Assembly: GCA_964016885.1 (NCBI GenBank)
Contig: OZ024742.1
Span: forward strand, 340,690,001-340,754,000
Direction of reading: 5' to 3'
From: Eledone cirrhosa
Lineage: Eukaryota
Length of the DNA: 64,000 nucleotides
Positions 1-13,277 of this stretch are shown one piece after another (positions within the stretch are counted from its first letter, which is position 1; each line of letters opens with the position of its first letter). The notes under the pieces are model-generated. The model had not been told where the DNA came from. It worked only from the letters and a program-made list of their open reading frames with translations, and ran no database searches. Position numbers and translations under genes: made by a program.

Positions 1-181
1 TATTTACATGTGTATGTGTATGTATGTGTGTGAGTCTTGGGTTCAATCGGGGGTAAGCAGAGTTAGTAAGGTAATGAATACATTAGCAGAGTGCAAATAT
101 CAAGTTTTATAAAGAAATCACCAGGAAAACCCTTTTGAATGAAACATATCTACACTTGTAGAAGCTATTTCTATATTAAAC

Positions 182-239
<58 letters not shown>

Positions 240-802
240 AAATCAAGGAAGAGCAAATAAAGAAAAAAATTTAAAATAAATTTCAAAACAATTCACTGTA
301 CTTACTATATGTGCCTTTACCGCGGTTTCAGATCCCAAAACAAATAGATAATCCAAGCGGGTTTTCATTGAGAAAGAGATCCTCGTCAGAAGGCTGTTCT
401 CTCTCGGAGAATATAAGATTTCCGAGTTCAAAATACAAACTGGCGCCATAGAAAACTGCCCCAACAAATGAATGATGAAACAATTTTGTCTAGTACCGTG
501 TGCAAAGACTGAAAGCAAGGTGGACAGGTCAATCTCTCGCTACTAAAAATAGCAGCCGTTCAAATGACCAAAGGTTTCTCTACCGTTAGGGAGAATAATA
601 ATAAAAGTATGTGTTCCTATATGTAAATAATACTCACATATATATATATATATATATTTGTATATAACTTACTGTGATTACAAAAACCATCTTTCTTAAT
701 ATATTTCTTATACTTAATCTCCGTCGTAACTATACACTACAAATATAGAGAGCTTTCTCCTACTTACTCCTTTTTTTTACGAAAACAACTTTATTACTGA
801 AC

Positions 803-892
<90 letters not shown>

Positions 893-1990
893 TATATATA
901 TATATATAGTTGACGGACCCGGCGTATTTAACAATGCCAGGACCGGTTGAATTTCAGCGTACTCAATAGATATATTTCTTTATTTGCCACATAGATAATG
1001 TAGAATACATTCCAGATTATACACATAGTTATTCGCTTCAACGCAACACACGTAAACGGGTGTCTATATTAGTTCCCGGGCTCGAGTTTCGGCCACACCT
1101 AATGCAGCAATAGGGTGCACTGCACCCTCTCTCTGCATATATTATGCAACAATGCATAATCGGCATATATTATGCACAATGTATATGTGGGTTCATCAGC
1201 GGGTATCGCCTAATCAATAACCAATCGATCGACAGAATTGAACCCCAGTCCATGCCGGCTATGACTATATATGACGGCCGACACAGTAAAGTGATTAACA
1301 ACTGGAATATAATACAACTCCGTCCCTCGATCAGCCAATGATTTATAAATTTACGTGGTGACAGGAGATTAGAAAATAAATATTTTCGCTCCCGCCAAAG
1401 GCACTCAGCCAACGTGTCTCAAACACACATTGATAAGATAGTGAAACGTTGGTTTTTAGAAAAAGCAATTCCACATCTTTGCACAGTAGAATAGTAGCAT
1501 TCAGCTCCAGTCTCCACGTCCCATGGCAATAGGATGGCGATGGTAACAGTGGTAGGGCCCAGAACCTTTAACGGACATTAAATGCCTCCACTATACAACG
1601 ATATAGAGTGGCGTGCTTGTAGCGGCAGTCACGTGCGTAAACCATTCCATCTCACAACTTTAACAATTCAATATGCGAGTGAGAGAGAAAAAAAAATTAA
1701 TAGCAGGAATTAGAACGCATATCGAAACAAAGAACACAATAAAAAAAAGTGAAAAATTGTTTAACTTACTCTCATTAGTCTGCTAGTTGGGAGATAATAA
1801 TAATAGGTTGACGGACCCGGCGTATTTAACAATGCCAGGACCGGAATGTGCGGATCACGACATGGTCTGTCGGTTTTGAAACAGATAAAAAGAAGCGCTC
1901 AACGACTTGTATAAATAGTACAAGACAGAGCATTATATATTAATAAAAGATCGGAGGCCATATTCAGTTGATTCAGGTTTATTTAAAACT

Positions 1991-2048
1991 CCGTTATACA
2001 TATTTCACTCAGGACTATCAATTATGATAGCCTGAGCTCTTCAGACGG
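1991..2048 (-). ncRNA. Minimal type I hammerhead ribozyme
   Basis: ccgt-CTGAAGA-gctcaggctatcataattgatagtcctgagt-GAAA-tatgta-TA-acgg; degenerate inverted copy at 2143-2197. Confidence 0.75.
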
Positions 2049-2254
2049 CAAAACCTAAAACAAACAGAGAAAATTCCTAAGAAACCTTTAAATTTGGAAA
2101 AATCTAATAATTTCCCCGAATTTTTACAAATTTTAGGATTTGTCGTCTGAAGAACTTAGGCAATCATAATTGATAGTCAGTGAAGTATGTATAACGGAGT
2201 TTTAAATAAAGCCGATTCAACTGAATATGGCCTCCGAGCTATCTAATTTCTCAT

Positions 2255-2300
2255 TCTGTCTTCTGATGAAGGACTAGCGTCCGAAACGCTAAGGCCTTTT
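2255..2300 (+). ncRNA. Hammerhead-like motif (related copy at 56912-56955)
   Basis: CTGATGA-aggactagcgtcc-GAAAc; stems I and III are unclear. Confidence 0.5.
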
Positions 2301-3639
2301 TCCTGTTATTTCAAGCGTTAACCTAATATATTCCTTCCATATACTGTACCGATTGTCTTGTTGTTTCTGTTTACTTTTTACACACACACACAGTGTAATA
2401 TCAAAACATTCATTTGTTTACAAAGTGGATATTTCCGCATTTAATATGTCGGTTTCAGCATCATATGCATTGTCAATTGCGGATATGCATAATATTGTTA
2501 AATTGCATATTTATACAAATAATAGTAATAATAATAATAATAATAAATAGGGGAAGAAACATTCATTTTATTATTGTGATTACTATTATTTGTATAAATA
2601 TGCAACTTAACAATATTATGCATATCCGCATATAATGCTGAAACCGATATATTAAATGCGGAAATATCCACTTTATGAAATAATTAATTGTTTCTACTTT
2701 AGGCACAAGGCCAGCAATTACCCAGTGCATTACTAGTACTTTATTTTATCTACCCCGTAAGGATGAAAGGCAAAGTCAACCTCGGCGGGATTTGAACTCA
2801 GATCGTAAAGGGACGTAACTATGCTGGAAAGCATGGCGTCCGACTCTCTACCGATATTGCCAATCCACCACTGAAAGAATCTCTTCAGCATTTTCTACTG
2901 AAAACATATTTTTCCTTTCTACTATTTGTTTATATATATATATATACGCCCCTTCGAACCTCACATGTGCTTTCAAACGCTGTGAGACTCTGGCGCACGC
3001 AGAACAAAATGCCTGTTGAGAAAGTGATATCCTTGTTCGATCATTATACCAAAAGCTTATTATTGCTTATAAGCAGACAGTATTATTTATTTAGGTGTCG
3101 CAGAAACCCTATATCGGAATATACCATCTTCCCCGAGGGTCCTGGTAAATATTTCAATCATATCTTATTTTGTTTGACCCGTTTAGCTTGTTCGCTTTTT
3201 TGGCTCAGGTGGTTAATGGCTTCTTAACCATCGTCTCAGTTTTGTATGACCTTTTAAACTTATGTTTATAGCTCTGGTATCTTCATATCGATGGAGCGCT
3301 TGTCAACACAATTCGGAAGTTGCGTTTCGCTAATTTCTACCCGCCTAAATACGATTCTCGCTAAATTTATATTTATATATATGTATATAGGAAAATGTTT
3401 AACCCCGACGGCTTGAGCTCTGCCGTCGGGGCTAAGCATTTTCCTATTACCCACTCTACTACCCTAAGTATTGAGTACTCTGGTGCGTTATGGTCCATCT
3501 GGTTCCTTACCACACATCCTTCGTTATATATATATATTAGAGTATGTTAGTTTATCATTGACACTTTAGTATGCAAGGTAGAGCACACGACAAAGTACAC
3601 AAGTGGGTCTTTGTACTCCGTTGACTTGTACTTCATACT

Positions 3640-3740
<101 letters not shown>

Positions 3741-4271
3741 CTTGATAACGCCTGTCTTCCTTATTTAGTGCTTGTTTCGCTCCTTTGCGGTTTGGTGAAC
3801 TTGGAAGGTGGGACGCTCTGTTGTAGAAGTCAGCTGCCCACGTGATGTCAATGGGGTAACACAAATGCAAGAGAAGGAGGATATGTACGAACTATTGTTG
3901 AGGAGTTTACAGATCTAGTATCCAGGATACAGTTTCAGCTTCATAGCCGTCATCATTGGAGTTACAAGTTATATACCAACCCACCTGGATCAAAACATAA
4001 CTACAAATGGTCGGGATATCTGGAACTTTCAATGTGTGTAAAACATTCTTTTGATTCAAAAGCTGAACTCTTGGATAAGACGACAGTTTCCTTTCGTTAC
4101 AATCATGCCAGCGGGAAGGTGGCTGGTCAAATATAAACTCAAAATTAGGAGAAAGCGAGTACACACATACATAGAAAATTAGCAACAACAGCAACACCAA
4201 CAACAGAAACAGTAATACCAGCAATAAGAGCAACACCAACAACAGCAACAACAGCAACACCAACACCAGTT

Positions 4272-5046
4272 CCACAACTGCCACCCTTGCATGCACTCCT
4301 GGAAGGATTCTTCCAGGATCCTCCGCAATTCTGTCGTCACGGCCTTTTTGCTGTCGTCCACGTCTTCAAAACGGGTCCCCTCCGGGTAGTACTCGAAGAT
4401 CCATGACTCATCACCGGTGATGACTGTCCCTAGCAAGTCTGGTTCGGTTTCAAGACGGTCGAGGATGTCCTGGCACACTTGCATGCGTCGACCCTTCTGG
4501 TCATTGTCAGCAGCTTTGGCACCATCTTCGTGCAGACTTTCCTCATGTCCAAATCTTCAGTGAGAATCTCCCAGACGCTGTCCCGATTCATGCCCAGCTC
4601 ATTTGCCATCAGTCGAACAGTCAACCGACGATCGCTACGCACCATCTGTCTGAAGCGCTCAATGTTGACCTCAGTCCTGGTTGTTGAGGGCCTTCCGCTC
4701 CTGGGGTCACCTTCCACGTCCTCGCGTCCTTCTTTAAACCTCTTGCAGCCCTCAAAAACACGTGAGCGTGACATCGTCTCATCTCCATACACTTGCTGCA
4801 GCAATCCCAGTGCTTCTGAGGGAGTCTTGAAGTTTGTTCGTTGCTCTGTGCTCATTGCTTGACGACCTGAAACAGAGGACATGTATATAAAATTATGAAG
4901 AAAAAATTGATCGCACCAGAGAGCTAAGATTACAGTTACATACTCCAGGGGGATTACTTTGAAGGAGAAAACTCTTAGTGTGAAGATTGGGTTTGAAATA
5001 AATCTTTTGTGACATCTGTTCTGGAACTTTTCTGACCCACCTCGTA
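4272..5046 (-). mobile_element. Mariner (Mos1-like) transposon remnant, internally deleted
   Basis: TIR-like TACGAGGTGGGTCAGAAAAGTTCC at ~5046; HTH (RFKEGREDVEGDPRSGRP), KMVPKLLT and ITGDESW joined directly to the C-terminal GTRFEDVDD. Confidence 0.88.
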
Positions 5047-5068
5047 TGTATATATGTAAATATATATA

Positions 5069-5272
5069 TAACAAAGGAATTGTGGTAAGGAACCAGATGG
5101 ACCATAACGCAACAGAGTACTCAATACTAAGGGTAGTAGAGTGGGAAATAGGAAAAAGTATGACCCCGACGGCAGAACTCAAGCCGTTTCGACAGCTATT
5201 TCTGGACTCTCTCAGTCCAGAAATAGCCGTCGAAACGGGTTGAGCTCTGCCGTCGGGGTCATACTTTTTCCT
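5069..5272. mobile_element. Family A (TA)n-flanked fold-back element, probably a PLE pLTR derivative
   Basis: ~200 bp with a ~60 bp inverted arm; copies at 3387-3527, 5405-5548, 24073-24270, 31497-31668, 33647-33704, 41577-41759, 48702-48905, 53474-53678, 54517-54676, 61349-61551. Confidence 0.8.
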
Positions 5273-5361
5273 ATATATATATATAGAGAGAGATAGATAT
5301 AGATCTTGACTCTGAGTCTGGAACAAGCTGTTGAAACGGCAAGAAGAACTACGACTCTTTA

Positions 5362-5407
<46 letters not shown>

Positions 5408-5545
5408 CAAAGAAAGTGTGGTAAGAGACCAGGTGGACAATAACGCACCAGAGACTACTTAGGGTAGTAGAGTGGGTGATAGGAAAAAGAGTTAGGACCC
5501 TGACGCCTGAGCTTCAGCCGTTTCGACAGCTAGATCCAATTTGGA

Positions 5546-5657
<112 letters not shown>

Positions 5658-5870
5658 TCTTTATTTACCATAAAGGCATAAAAAGAAGGGACAAATACAA
5701 AGGGGGAGTTTACATATAAACGAGTAAAAAGGGTGTAACATGAAAATAATCGAAAATAACCTCAAAAGGGAGGCGACGTGATGGGGGTTGCACACACCCC
5801 CGAACAAGTGTGCAATCCTTTGCCCGGGGAGCACATGGAGAAGGTGCTCCCCTCTCCTTTACTTCTTTAC

Positions 5871-8800
5871 CTACAGGATGGTATACAGAGAAGGCCCATT
5901 TACACGAGCCATTCTCGCCACTATCACCCACCTTTCATAAAACTGCCTGTGGCCAAGCACCTCTCTCTCCATTCTTATCCTTCTTCCGAAGTGATATCGG
6001 AAGAAGTAGACCAGACTATGGCCAGAGAGGAAGTTGCCTGACCTCAGACCTTTCAATCGTGTCCACCAAACAACCTCTTTCAACATGGCTATTACGCACA
6101 GAAAAACCGCCTTTGCTTCCTTTGTGAAGAGGGGAGGCGGTTTGATTGTCATCACGGACTCGGCGGTCAATTTAATCGGCGCCACCCGCGACAGCAGTTG
6201 TTCGGCGTAGCCCCAGAGATCAGCCACGCCCGGACATTGCACCAATGCGTGCGCTACGGTTTCTTCGTGACGCACGCATCTAGGGCAAATCTTTTTTGAG
6301 GGATCCCTGCCCGGGCGCCGTGTCTGTAGAGCCTCTCTCGAACGGGTAGAGCCCCTCGGTAGCACTGCCAGGCCAGTGACTTCTGGAAGTTGTCCATTGG
6401 TCCTGGGCCGAAAGTCCTACCGAACAGGCTGGCCAGTTCGTCTTCTTCCATGTCCAGCGACTCTCCAAGGGTGTCATCGCCCCTGCTAGCCACCAGCCCT
6501 CTATAGAATGATGAGGTGGATTCTCCACCGATGGCCTGGCCCGCTTGCCAGAGAGCCCTGAGCGCCTGAGCACACACAGTGTGCCAGTCTCCCAGTTTTC
6601 CGGATCTTTGCTTGACCCAGGACTGTAGCTCGGTGAGTGAGACGAGTCTCGGAAAGGCTGGTTTCACGAACGGAGCCCACACCGGTTGACCAGTGAGGAA
6701 TACCTGTAGGTGCCGTAGCCTTAATGCGTGCCTACGCATCATCAACCACGGCATCCCCAGCCCTCCTTTCGAAGGTTGTTGGCAGCAGATGGATCTTCTC
6801 ACCATAGGAGGACGCTTCTTCCAAAGAAATTGGAAGAGCATGCGTTCCATGGTGGTGAGTGTTTCCTTAGGGCAAGGCACGACAGTCAGGCGGTAGTAAG
6901 TGACGGACGCTATGTAAATGTTCGCCACCTCCGCCCGGCCTTTTAGGGACAGCTTACACTTGGCCCATTTCTGGGTTAGTGAAAACACCTTGTTCGTAAC
7001 CTCGTTCCAGTTCTTTTCCACCTGGAGGTCCGGTCCAAACCAGACCCCAAGCAACTTTACCGGGCCCTCCGTCCAGTGTCCGACGACACCGTCAGGAGGC
7101 ATCGGTTTGCCTCTCCACGTTCCGAGTTGCAGCCCGATGGATTTTTCCCGGTTCAGTTTCGCTCCTGACAACCTTTCGTACTCCTCCAGTAAGGTACCGA
7201 TCGCCTCGATCTCCGAGTCGGTTGATACCATTACTGTTACGTCATCGGCGTAGGCCGACACCGCTTTGCTCAATCCTGGTTCCAGGAGGATACCCTGCAA
7301 CAACTCCAACTTCCTCAGTAAAGGCTCGAGAGTCAATACGTACAGAAGGGAGGAGAGAGGGCAACCCTGTCGAATGGATCGTATGATTTCGAACGGCTTC
7401 GAAAGGTAGCCGTTCACCTTGATCCTAGAACAGATGTGGTTGCTATGTAGGGCAGTGATCCAGCCTCTGAAAACAGGACCGAACCCAGCCGCCGCTAGCA
7501 CCGCATCCAGGTAACCATGGTCGACCCTATCGAAGGCCTTAGACTGATCCAAGTTGATCAGGGCCCCACCGAAGCCGGGTTTGTTGCCAACCCTCTCTAT
7601 GATGTATCGCATGAGGTGGGGGTTATCGTGAATGGACCTGGATGGGATAGCACATGTCTGCGCATCTCCCACTAGGCCACCCACGACAAGCGCCAACCTC
7701 TTTGCTAACACCTTGGCCAAAATCTTTAACTCTGTGTTTAGCAGGGTTATGGGCCGAAAATTATTTATACTATCCCCCTTGTTCTCGTCCTTCCTCACCA
7801 GCGTGACTACGCCCTTGGCTACAGAACAAGGAATTCTCCCGTTCTGCTGCCAATTGCAGTAGACCGCTTCGAGGAGTTCGGAGAAGAAGACCGGCATTGC
7901 TAAATAAAGTTCGTAAGGTATACCATCGAGACCTGGAGATTTGCGTCTGCTGCATTGGCTCAGCGCATCTCCGATCTCATCAGCCGAGATTGGTCCCTCG
8001 CAGGACTCTGCCTCTTCGTTCGAGAGATGCGGCAGGCCGTCGAGGTATGGACCGAAATCCACGCCCCGGCCCGGACCCTCGCCACCCCCGAACAATCGGG
8101 CAAAGTGCTTTTGAAAGGCCTCGCACATCTGCTTAGGCTCCCGGATCACTCGTCCATCTTCGTCTTGCAACGACCGGATGGTGGATCGATTTCCACTCTT
8201 AGCTTCTGTCACGCGGGCCCATCCAACGGCTTTGGCCCCCTCATTACCTAGAGCACGTATTTTACTTCGAATGACGCAGCCTTCGTGCTTTGCATCGAAA
8301 AACTGGTTCAAGGCCGTCCTCGATGCCAGCACTCTGGCCACATCTTCGCTCTTGATTGCCTCTTCTAATTTACCTGTTAATTCTTTCTCGTTTCTATTCC
8401 TATCGGCAGCTAACATCTTGCTATAACTTATTGATTCTGTTCTAATCTCTCTTTTGAGAGATGCCCACCATCGCTTGTTGACGATTGCACCCGTCAACCT
8501 CTCCTTAACTAATCTGCTAATCCGGTTTCTGTAAGTCTCTTTTGCCGGTAAAGACAAATTAAGTTTCCAGTAACCGGGACCCTGTCTATGTGTTTTCTCG
8601 AGATTGACCACGCAGGTCACTAATTTGTTATCCGTGTAGCCAACCGTGCGCATTTCTGGACAGCTTAATATGTCCCTATCCTTACTTCTAACTAAAAATC
8701 TATCTAAGTACGATCTAGATTGACCACTGTGGTTTCTCCAAGTCCAGGTAGGCACAGTTGGAAAATCTAGTCGATATCTATCGACCAAGTTAAAACGGTC

Positions 8801-9307
8801 GAGTAACCCCTTGAGGCTGTTACACCCCCCTCTATTAGGACATGCTCCTGCATAGTCCCAACGTGCATCCAGGATGTCATTCCAATCCCCCGCTAGAAGC
8901 AGGGAACGCGACGTTCCCAGAAAAGTCTCCAAACGCTGGAAGAAGTCGGGCCGTTCAGCTCCGAAAGGGGAGTAGACGGCGACCAGTCTCAAGGCCGCAC
9001 TTTCACTACTGCCAACGTCTAGCACCAACAAACGACCCTCCGGGTCCGAGTGCACAACCTGTACGGCAAGACCCAGGTGTTTTTGCAGCAGTACGACAAC
9101 CCCACCCCCACCTCCAGGTTGACAGAGAGATGCATGCACCTCAAAGTCATCGAAGGTGGGGGCCAGCTGCCGCACGACGCTGATTCGAGTCTCACAGATA
9201 ACCATTACATTTATACTACATGACCTGAGGTCATTTAGAAGCTTTGCTTGCTTCCAAGTTGAGCCCAGGCCACGTGCATTCAAACATCCTACTCTTAACA
9301 CATCCAT
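5871..9307 (-). pseudogene. LINE ORF2: APE endonuclease, reverse transcriptase and CCHC finger, with one frameshift near 6300-6320
   Basis: LNARGL, GDWN, YLDRFLV, PGYWKLN, KSPGLDG, FRPITLLN, DQSKAFD, IRQGCPLS, YADD; CPRCVRHEETVAHALVQC lies in another frame (5871-6365). Confidence 0.93.
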
Positions 9308-9823
9308 GTGGGCGGCAGAGCCAAAGGAGAGTGTAAAGACCTACCTTTCCGCTTCCCGGGGTTCGGGTTGCACGACTTCCATGGGGTCGGGGGTGTTGGG
9401 TGAAGGGGTGTCTTGTGGTGGTGTGGGGTCGTCAGTGTGTGGTGGGGTTGGGGTGTTTGGAGTTGTGTTGGGGAGGGGAAGGGGAGGGGGAAAGCTTTTT
9501 AGTAGGACGCGGTTTATGGGTTTGACAGAGGGTGGTCCAACGTCCTCCTTAAAATCCTTTTTTAGTTTTTGGTAGAGGTTCATTGGGATTTTTATTAGTT
9601 TTAAATGTGGGTGGTTTTCTGACGAAACAAAGTTTACACCTTCGGTTTGTACCGAAGGATTATTGTATATGAGTTCATTTAATTTATTGTTGTTTCTGTT
9701 GATGTAAGTATAGTGTAATGTCTTTTTTTCCGATGGTGTGAGTGTTTCGAAGAGGGGAGGGGCAGGTTTGGTTTTGTTTGTTGCTGGAGGGGTGTTTTCT
9801 GTTTTGTTGGATTGTGTTGCGAT

Positions 9824-11242
9824 TTAGGTGGGGGTTGTTTGTCCTTGTGTGTTTTGCACATGTTTTCTTTTTTTCCTTTTAATCTGTCTGAAGGACTCCG
9901 TTTCTTCCTCCGAATTCGTTGGGTTATCTTCAGTGTTGGAGGGAAGAGGTATGTTTGCTGGTAATGTTTCCGTGTTGGTTTTCTTTGTGGGGGAGATGGA
10001 TGTCACTATGTTAGACTGTGTTGTGTGTTGTGTCTGCGGTGGTTGTGTTGTTTTATTGAGTGAGAGGTTGGGTGGGCCTGTATTTTGTTTTGGGGTAATG
10101 TGTTGTGACTGTTTGTGTTGTGGTGGTGTTGTGGTTTTACTGAGGGACGGGTTGGATGGGACTGAGTTTTGTTGTTTGTTTATCTGTTGTGGTGGTGGTG
10201 GTGGAGCTGGTGTTGGTAGCAGGGTTTTCTTTTTGTTGAGTTGGGGACAAGCGGCCTTCAGGTGCCCTCTGCCTGCACAGATATGGCAGGACGGCCTTCT
10301 CCCCTCCACGCTAATGTTTATATACCCGTGGTCCTCTAATAGGATTCTGTCGGGTATTTGGGCGATCGGTTCAGGCTTCATTTGTACTACCAGCTCTATA
10401 CCTGTTCCACTGAACGCATTGCCTGTGGTTTTCCCAATGGAAATCACGTTGTCATTCACTGGATTGATGAAACCAGCTATGAGCCAGCAGTAGTCCACAT
10501 CTGGCATCATTGCATCCAGCCATATGCGTTGAGTTCTTTTCCCCATATAAGATGGATAAAAGGTGAAATTTTTCGAACGAATCGGTGACAAAGCACATTT
10601 TTTTGCCGCCGATTCGTTCTTCATGATAATTGCTAGGCTGCCATACAGTCTGTCTTTTCTTATGAAAGTTGTTTCATTCAGTACTTCTGTGAGTACTGTT
10701 TTGATATCTGCTTGAGAAGGCTGTTCAGGTTTTTTTGTACTGTTGTTGATGGTCCGAAACTTGACCGTTCGGCTTTCAATGTCTTTCGTGAATTCTTGAG
10801 GCATTTTTACCGATAAAATACCATTCTCACCTTCACTTATGTATTGTTTGGCGTCCGTGATCCTTCGTACCACATCTGAAATGTTTTCCGCTATATAAGT
10901 CAAAGATTTCTTTGTTTTCTGTGCAAATGAAATCTTGTCGTCTGCTTTGTTTTCTGATATGGTGTTATTTTCAACTGTTATTTTTTTGTTTGTTGTGTCT
11001 TTGTTTGTGTTATTAGTATTGTCATGCAATTTTTCAAATTTTTTTTTTTCGTTGTTGGAATCCAAGTCCAGATTTATGTTTTCGTCATTTAATTTTTTCT
11101 CCGCAGATTCGTCCGTTTTTATTTTAATTTTTCCTTCCTTCTCTATGACGTTAGTTGGGAAGGAAGGGAGGACTAAAGCGTGCGAGCTTATAACTCTTAC
11201 CGCTGTCCCCCCACCACTATTTTCGTTCGCTGCGTTTAACAT
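9824..11242 (-). CDS. LINE ORF1 (gag-like, zinc knuckle); probably continues through frameshifts to ~9341
   Basis: 472 aa ORF with CHICAGRGHLKAAC (CX2CX4HX4C) and a Pro/Gln/Thr-rich tail; short ORFs 9679-9861 and 9341-9583 continue the same composition up to ORF2. Confidence 0.85.
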   Translation of the reverse strand: MLNAANENSGGGTAVRVISSHALVLPSFPTNVIEKEGKIKIKTDESAEKKLNDENINLDLDSNNEKKKFEKLHDNTNNTNKDTTNKKITVENNTISENKADDKISFAQKTKKSLTYIAENISDVVRRITDAKQYISEGENGILSVKMPQEFTKDIESRTVKFRTINNSTKKPEQPSQADIKTVLTEVLNETTFIRKDRLYGSLAIIMKNESAAKKCALSPIRSKNFTFYPSYMGKRTQRIWLDAMMPDVDYCWLIAGFINPVNDNVISIGKTTGNAFSGTGIELVVQMKPEPIAQIPDRILLEDHGYINISVEGRRPSCHICAGRGHLKAACPQLNKKKTLLPTPAPPPPPQQINKQQNSVPSNPSLSKTTTPPQHKQSQHITPKQNTGPPNLSLNKTTQPPQTQHTTQSNIVTSISPTKKTNTETLPANIPLPSNTEDNPTNSEEETESFRQIKRKKRKHVQNTQGQTTPT

Positions 11243-11483
11243 TTCTGTTAGACGATTGAAATTGTTTACACAAAATTTTTTAAAACAGGTTTTTCACCTC
11301 TAGGAGGGGTAAAGATGAGCTGACCCACCGCCTGACAGTTCAGACGGAGGGTCAAGCTACACAATTGTATCAAAATTAAGTTTGAACTCACAAAATTTCC
11401 TCAATAAATTTGAACAAAACTTCTGTGCGAAGTGAATGACATCCACACTAGAACAGACGACAGCTAGATTATTATATATATAT

Positions 11484-11536
<53 letters not shown>

Positions 11537-11537
<1 letters not shown>

Positions 11538-12187
11538 TTCTTTTATTTGCCACTAGGGCATCAAAAGTGGGACAAGTACAAAGGGGGGAGTTTACACAAA
11601 AAGGCGTCCTCAATAAGGAGGAGGCAATAACAAAATATAAAAATAAAATAAGATATCACAAAAAATAAAATTTTTAACAAAATCCTCAATAGAGAGGAGG
11701 CGCCTTGGGGGGTCGCACACACCCCCGAAAAAAGTGTGCAACCCTTCTCCTCAGGAGCACAGAGAAGGGGTGCTCCCTTGGTCTTTCATCTTCCTCACCT
11801 ATAGTCTGATGTAGAGTGAAGGCCCATTCACACGGGCCATTCTCGCCACTTTCACCCATCTTTCATAGAAACGGCTGGGGTGCAGCACCTCTCTCTCCAT
11901 CCTGATCCTTCTTCCGAAATGATATCGGAAGAAACGGACCAGTTGTTGGCCAGAGAGAAAGGTGCCTGACCTCAGTCCTTTCAGACGCGTCCACCATACA
12001 ACCTCTTTCGCCATGGCTATTACACACAGAAACACCGCCTCTGCTTCATCTTTGAAGGGGGGAGGCGGCTTGATCATTACAATAGACTCGGTGGTCAACC
12101 GGATCGGTCCCACCCTTGACAGCAGTTGTTCGACATAGCCCCACAGATCGGCTGCGCCCGAGCAGTGTACCAATGCGTGTGCAACGG
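11537..12187 (-). mobile_element. Second, 5'-truncated Tx1 copy (ORF2 C-terminus and 3' UTR)
   Basis: ORF 11799-12173 parallels 5871-6365 (VVWWTRLKGLRSG...ARMARVNGPSLY); flanked by (TAGA)n on both sides. Confidence 0.92.
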
Positions 12188-12189
12188 TT

Positions 12190-12228
<39 letters not shown>

Positions 12229-12244
12229 TAAACAATACTGACCT

Positions 12245-12294
<50 letters not shown>

Positions 12295-12576
12295 TAAACA
12301 ATACTGACCTAAGAGAACTATAAATAAATAAATACATACACAAGCACAATAACAACAAACACATATAAACACACACTAGTAAACTAAGATAGAATACAAT
12401 AACCAATACACAGTCACCCAAACACGAACACACATCAAACAAAACACTATACACACACCCAAACGCATGCGCAGAGAAGACAAAAAAAAAAAATAAACAA
12501 ATAAATAAATAAATAAATAAACAGACTAAATATAGATGGCGTAGGCATACAATACAACGGGAGGAAACATAATAGC

Positions 12577-12620
12577 ACCACTGACGATGTTGCAGATGTG
12601 CAACGAAAGAACTTTGTAAG
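12577..12620 (+). ncRNA. Minimal hammerhead motif
   Basis: CTGACGA-tgttgcagatgtgcaac-GAAA-gaac. Confidence 0.6.
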
Positions 12621-12817
12621 ACTATATATATGTGTTTGTGTCTATATTGTATCTGTATTTTTTACCGTCGGTCAGTCAATGGTAACATTGAGGACCGAAT
12701 AAATTAAATTAACCGATATAAAAAACACAGAAGCGAAAACCAACCAAACAGTGAGTGTGTTCTGTTATTAATTCTGGCAATATTATTACACAAATATGAC
12801 CCTCCCCAAGTATAACA

Positions 12818-12916
<99 letters not shown>

Positions 12917-12981
12917 CAAAAAAACAAGATGGCGTGGGACAGAACAAAGGAGGGGCAAAAAAACAAAGAAAAGAATCCCCA

Positions 12982-13024
12982 GTCACTGAAGAGGTCACAG
13001 AATGTGTGACGAAAGAACTTTGAC
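12982..13024 (+). ncRNA. Minimal hammerhead, family D (also 35086-35128; degenerate ~22664-22705)
   Basis: gtca-CTGAAGA-ggtcacagaatgtgtgac-GAAA-gaac-TT/TA-tgac. Confidence 0.7.
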
Positions 13025-13245
13025 AATATATGAACAATTGTCTGGTTGTGGACCAACCAACCAACCGGAAATTTATAAATTGCTAAATTTATATATATAT
13101 ATATATATATATAAATGGAAAAGAATGAAGCGAAATTTCATTTCTCACTCTTAGTACGGCTGATACTTAAATGTAAGTATGTATGTATACGTACATACTT
13201 ATATGTATATAGACGTACAGTAGTATGTATATATATATATATACG

Positions 13246-13277
<32 letters not shown>

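Noticed and set aside
6280-10588. Additional overlapping or antisense ORFs in the LINE
   Set aside because: They are shadow frames of GC-richer coding sequence
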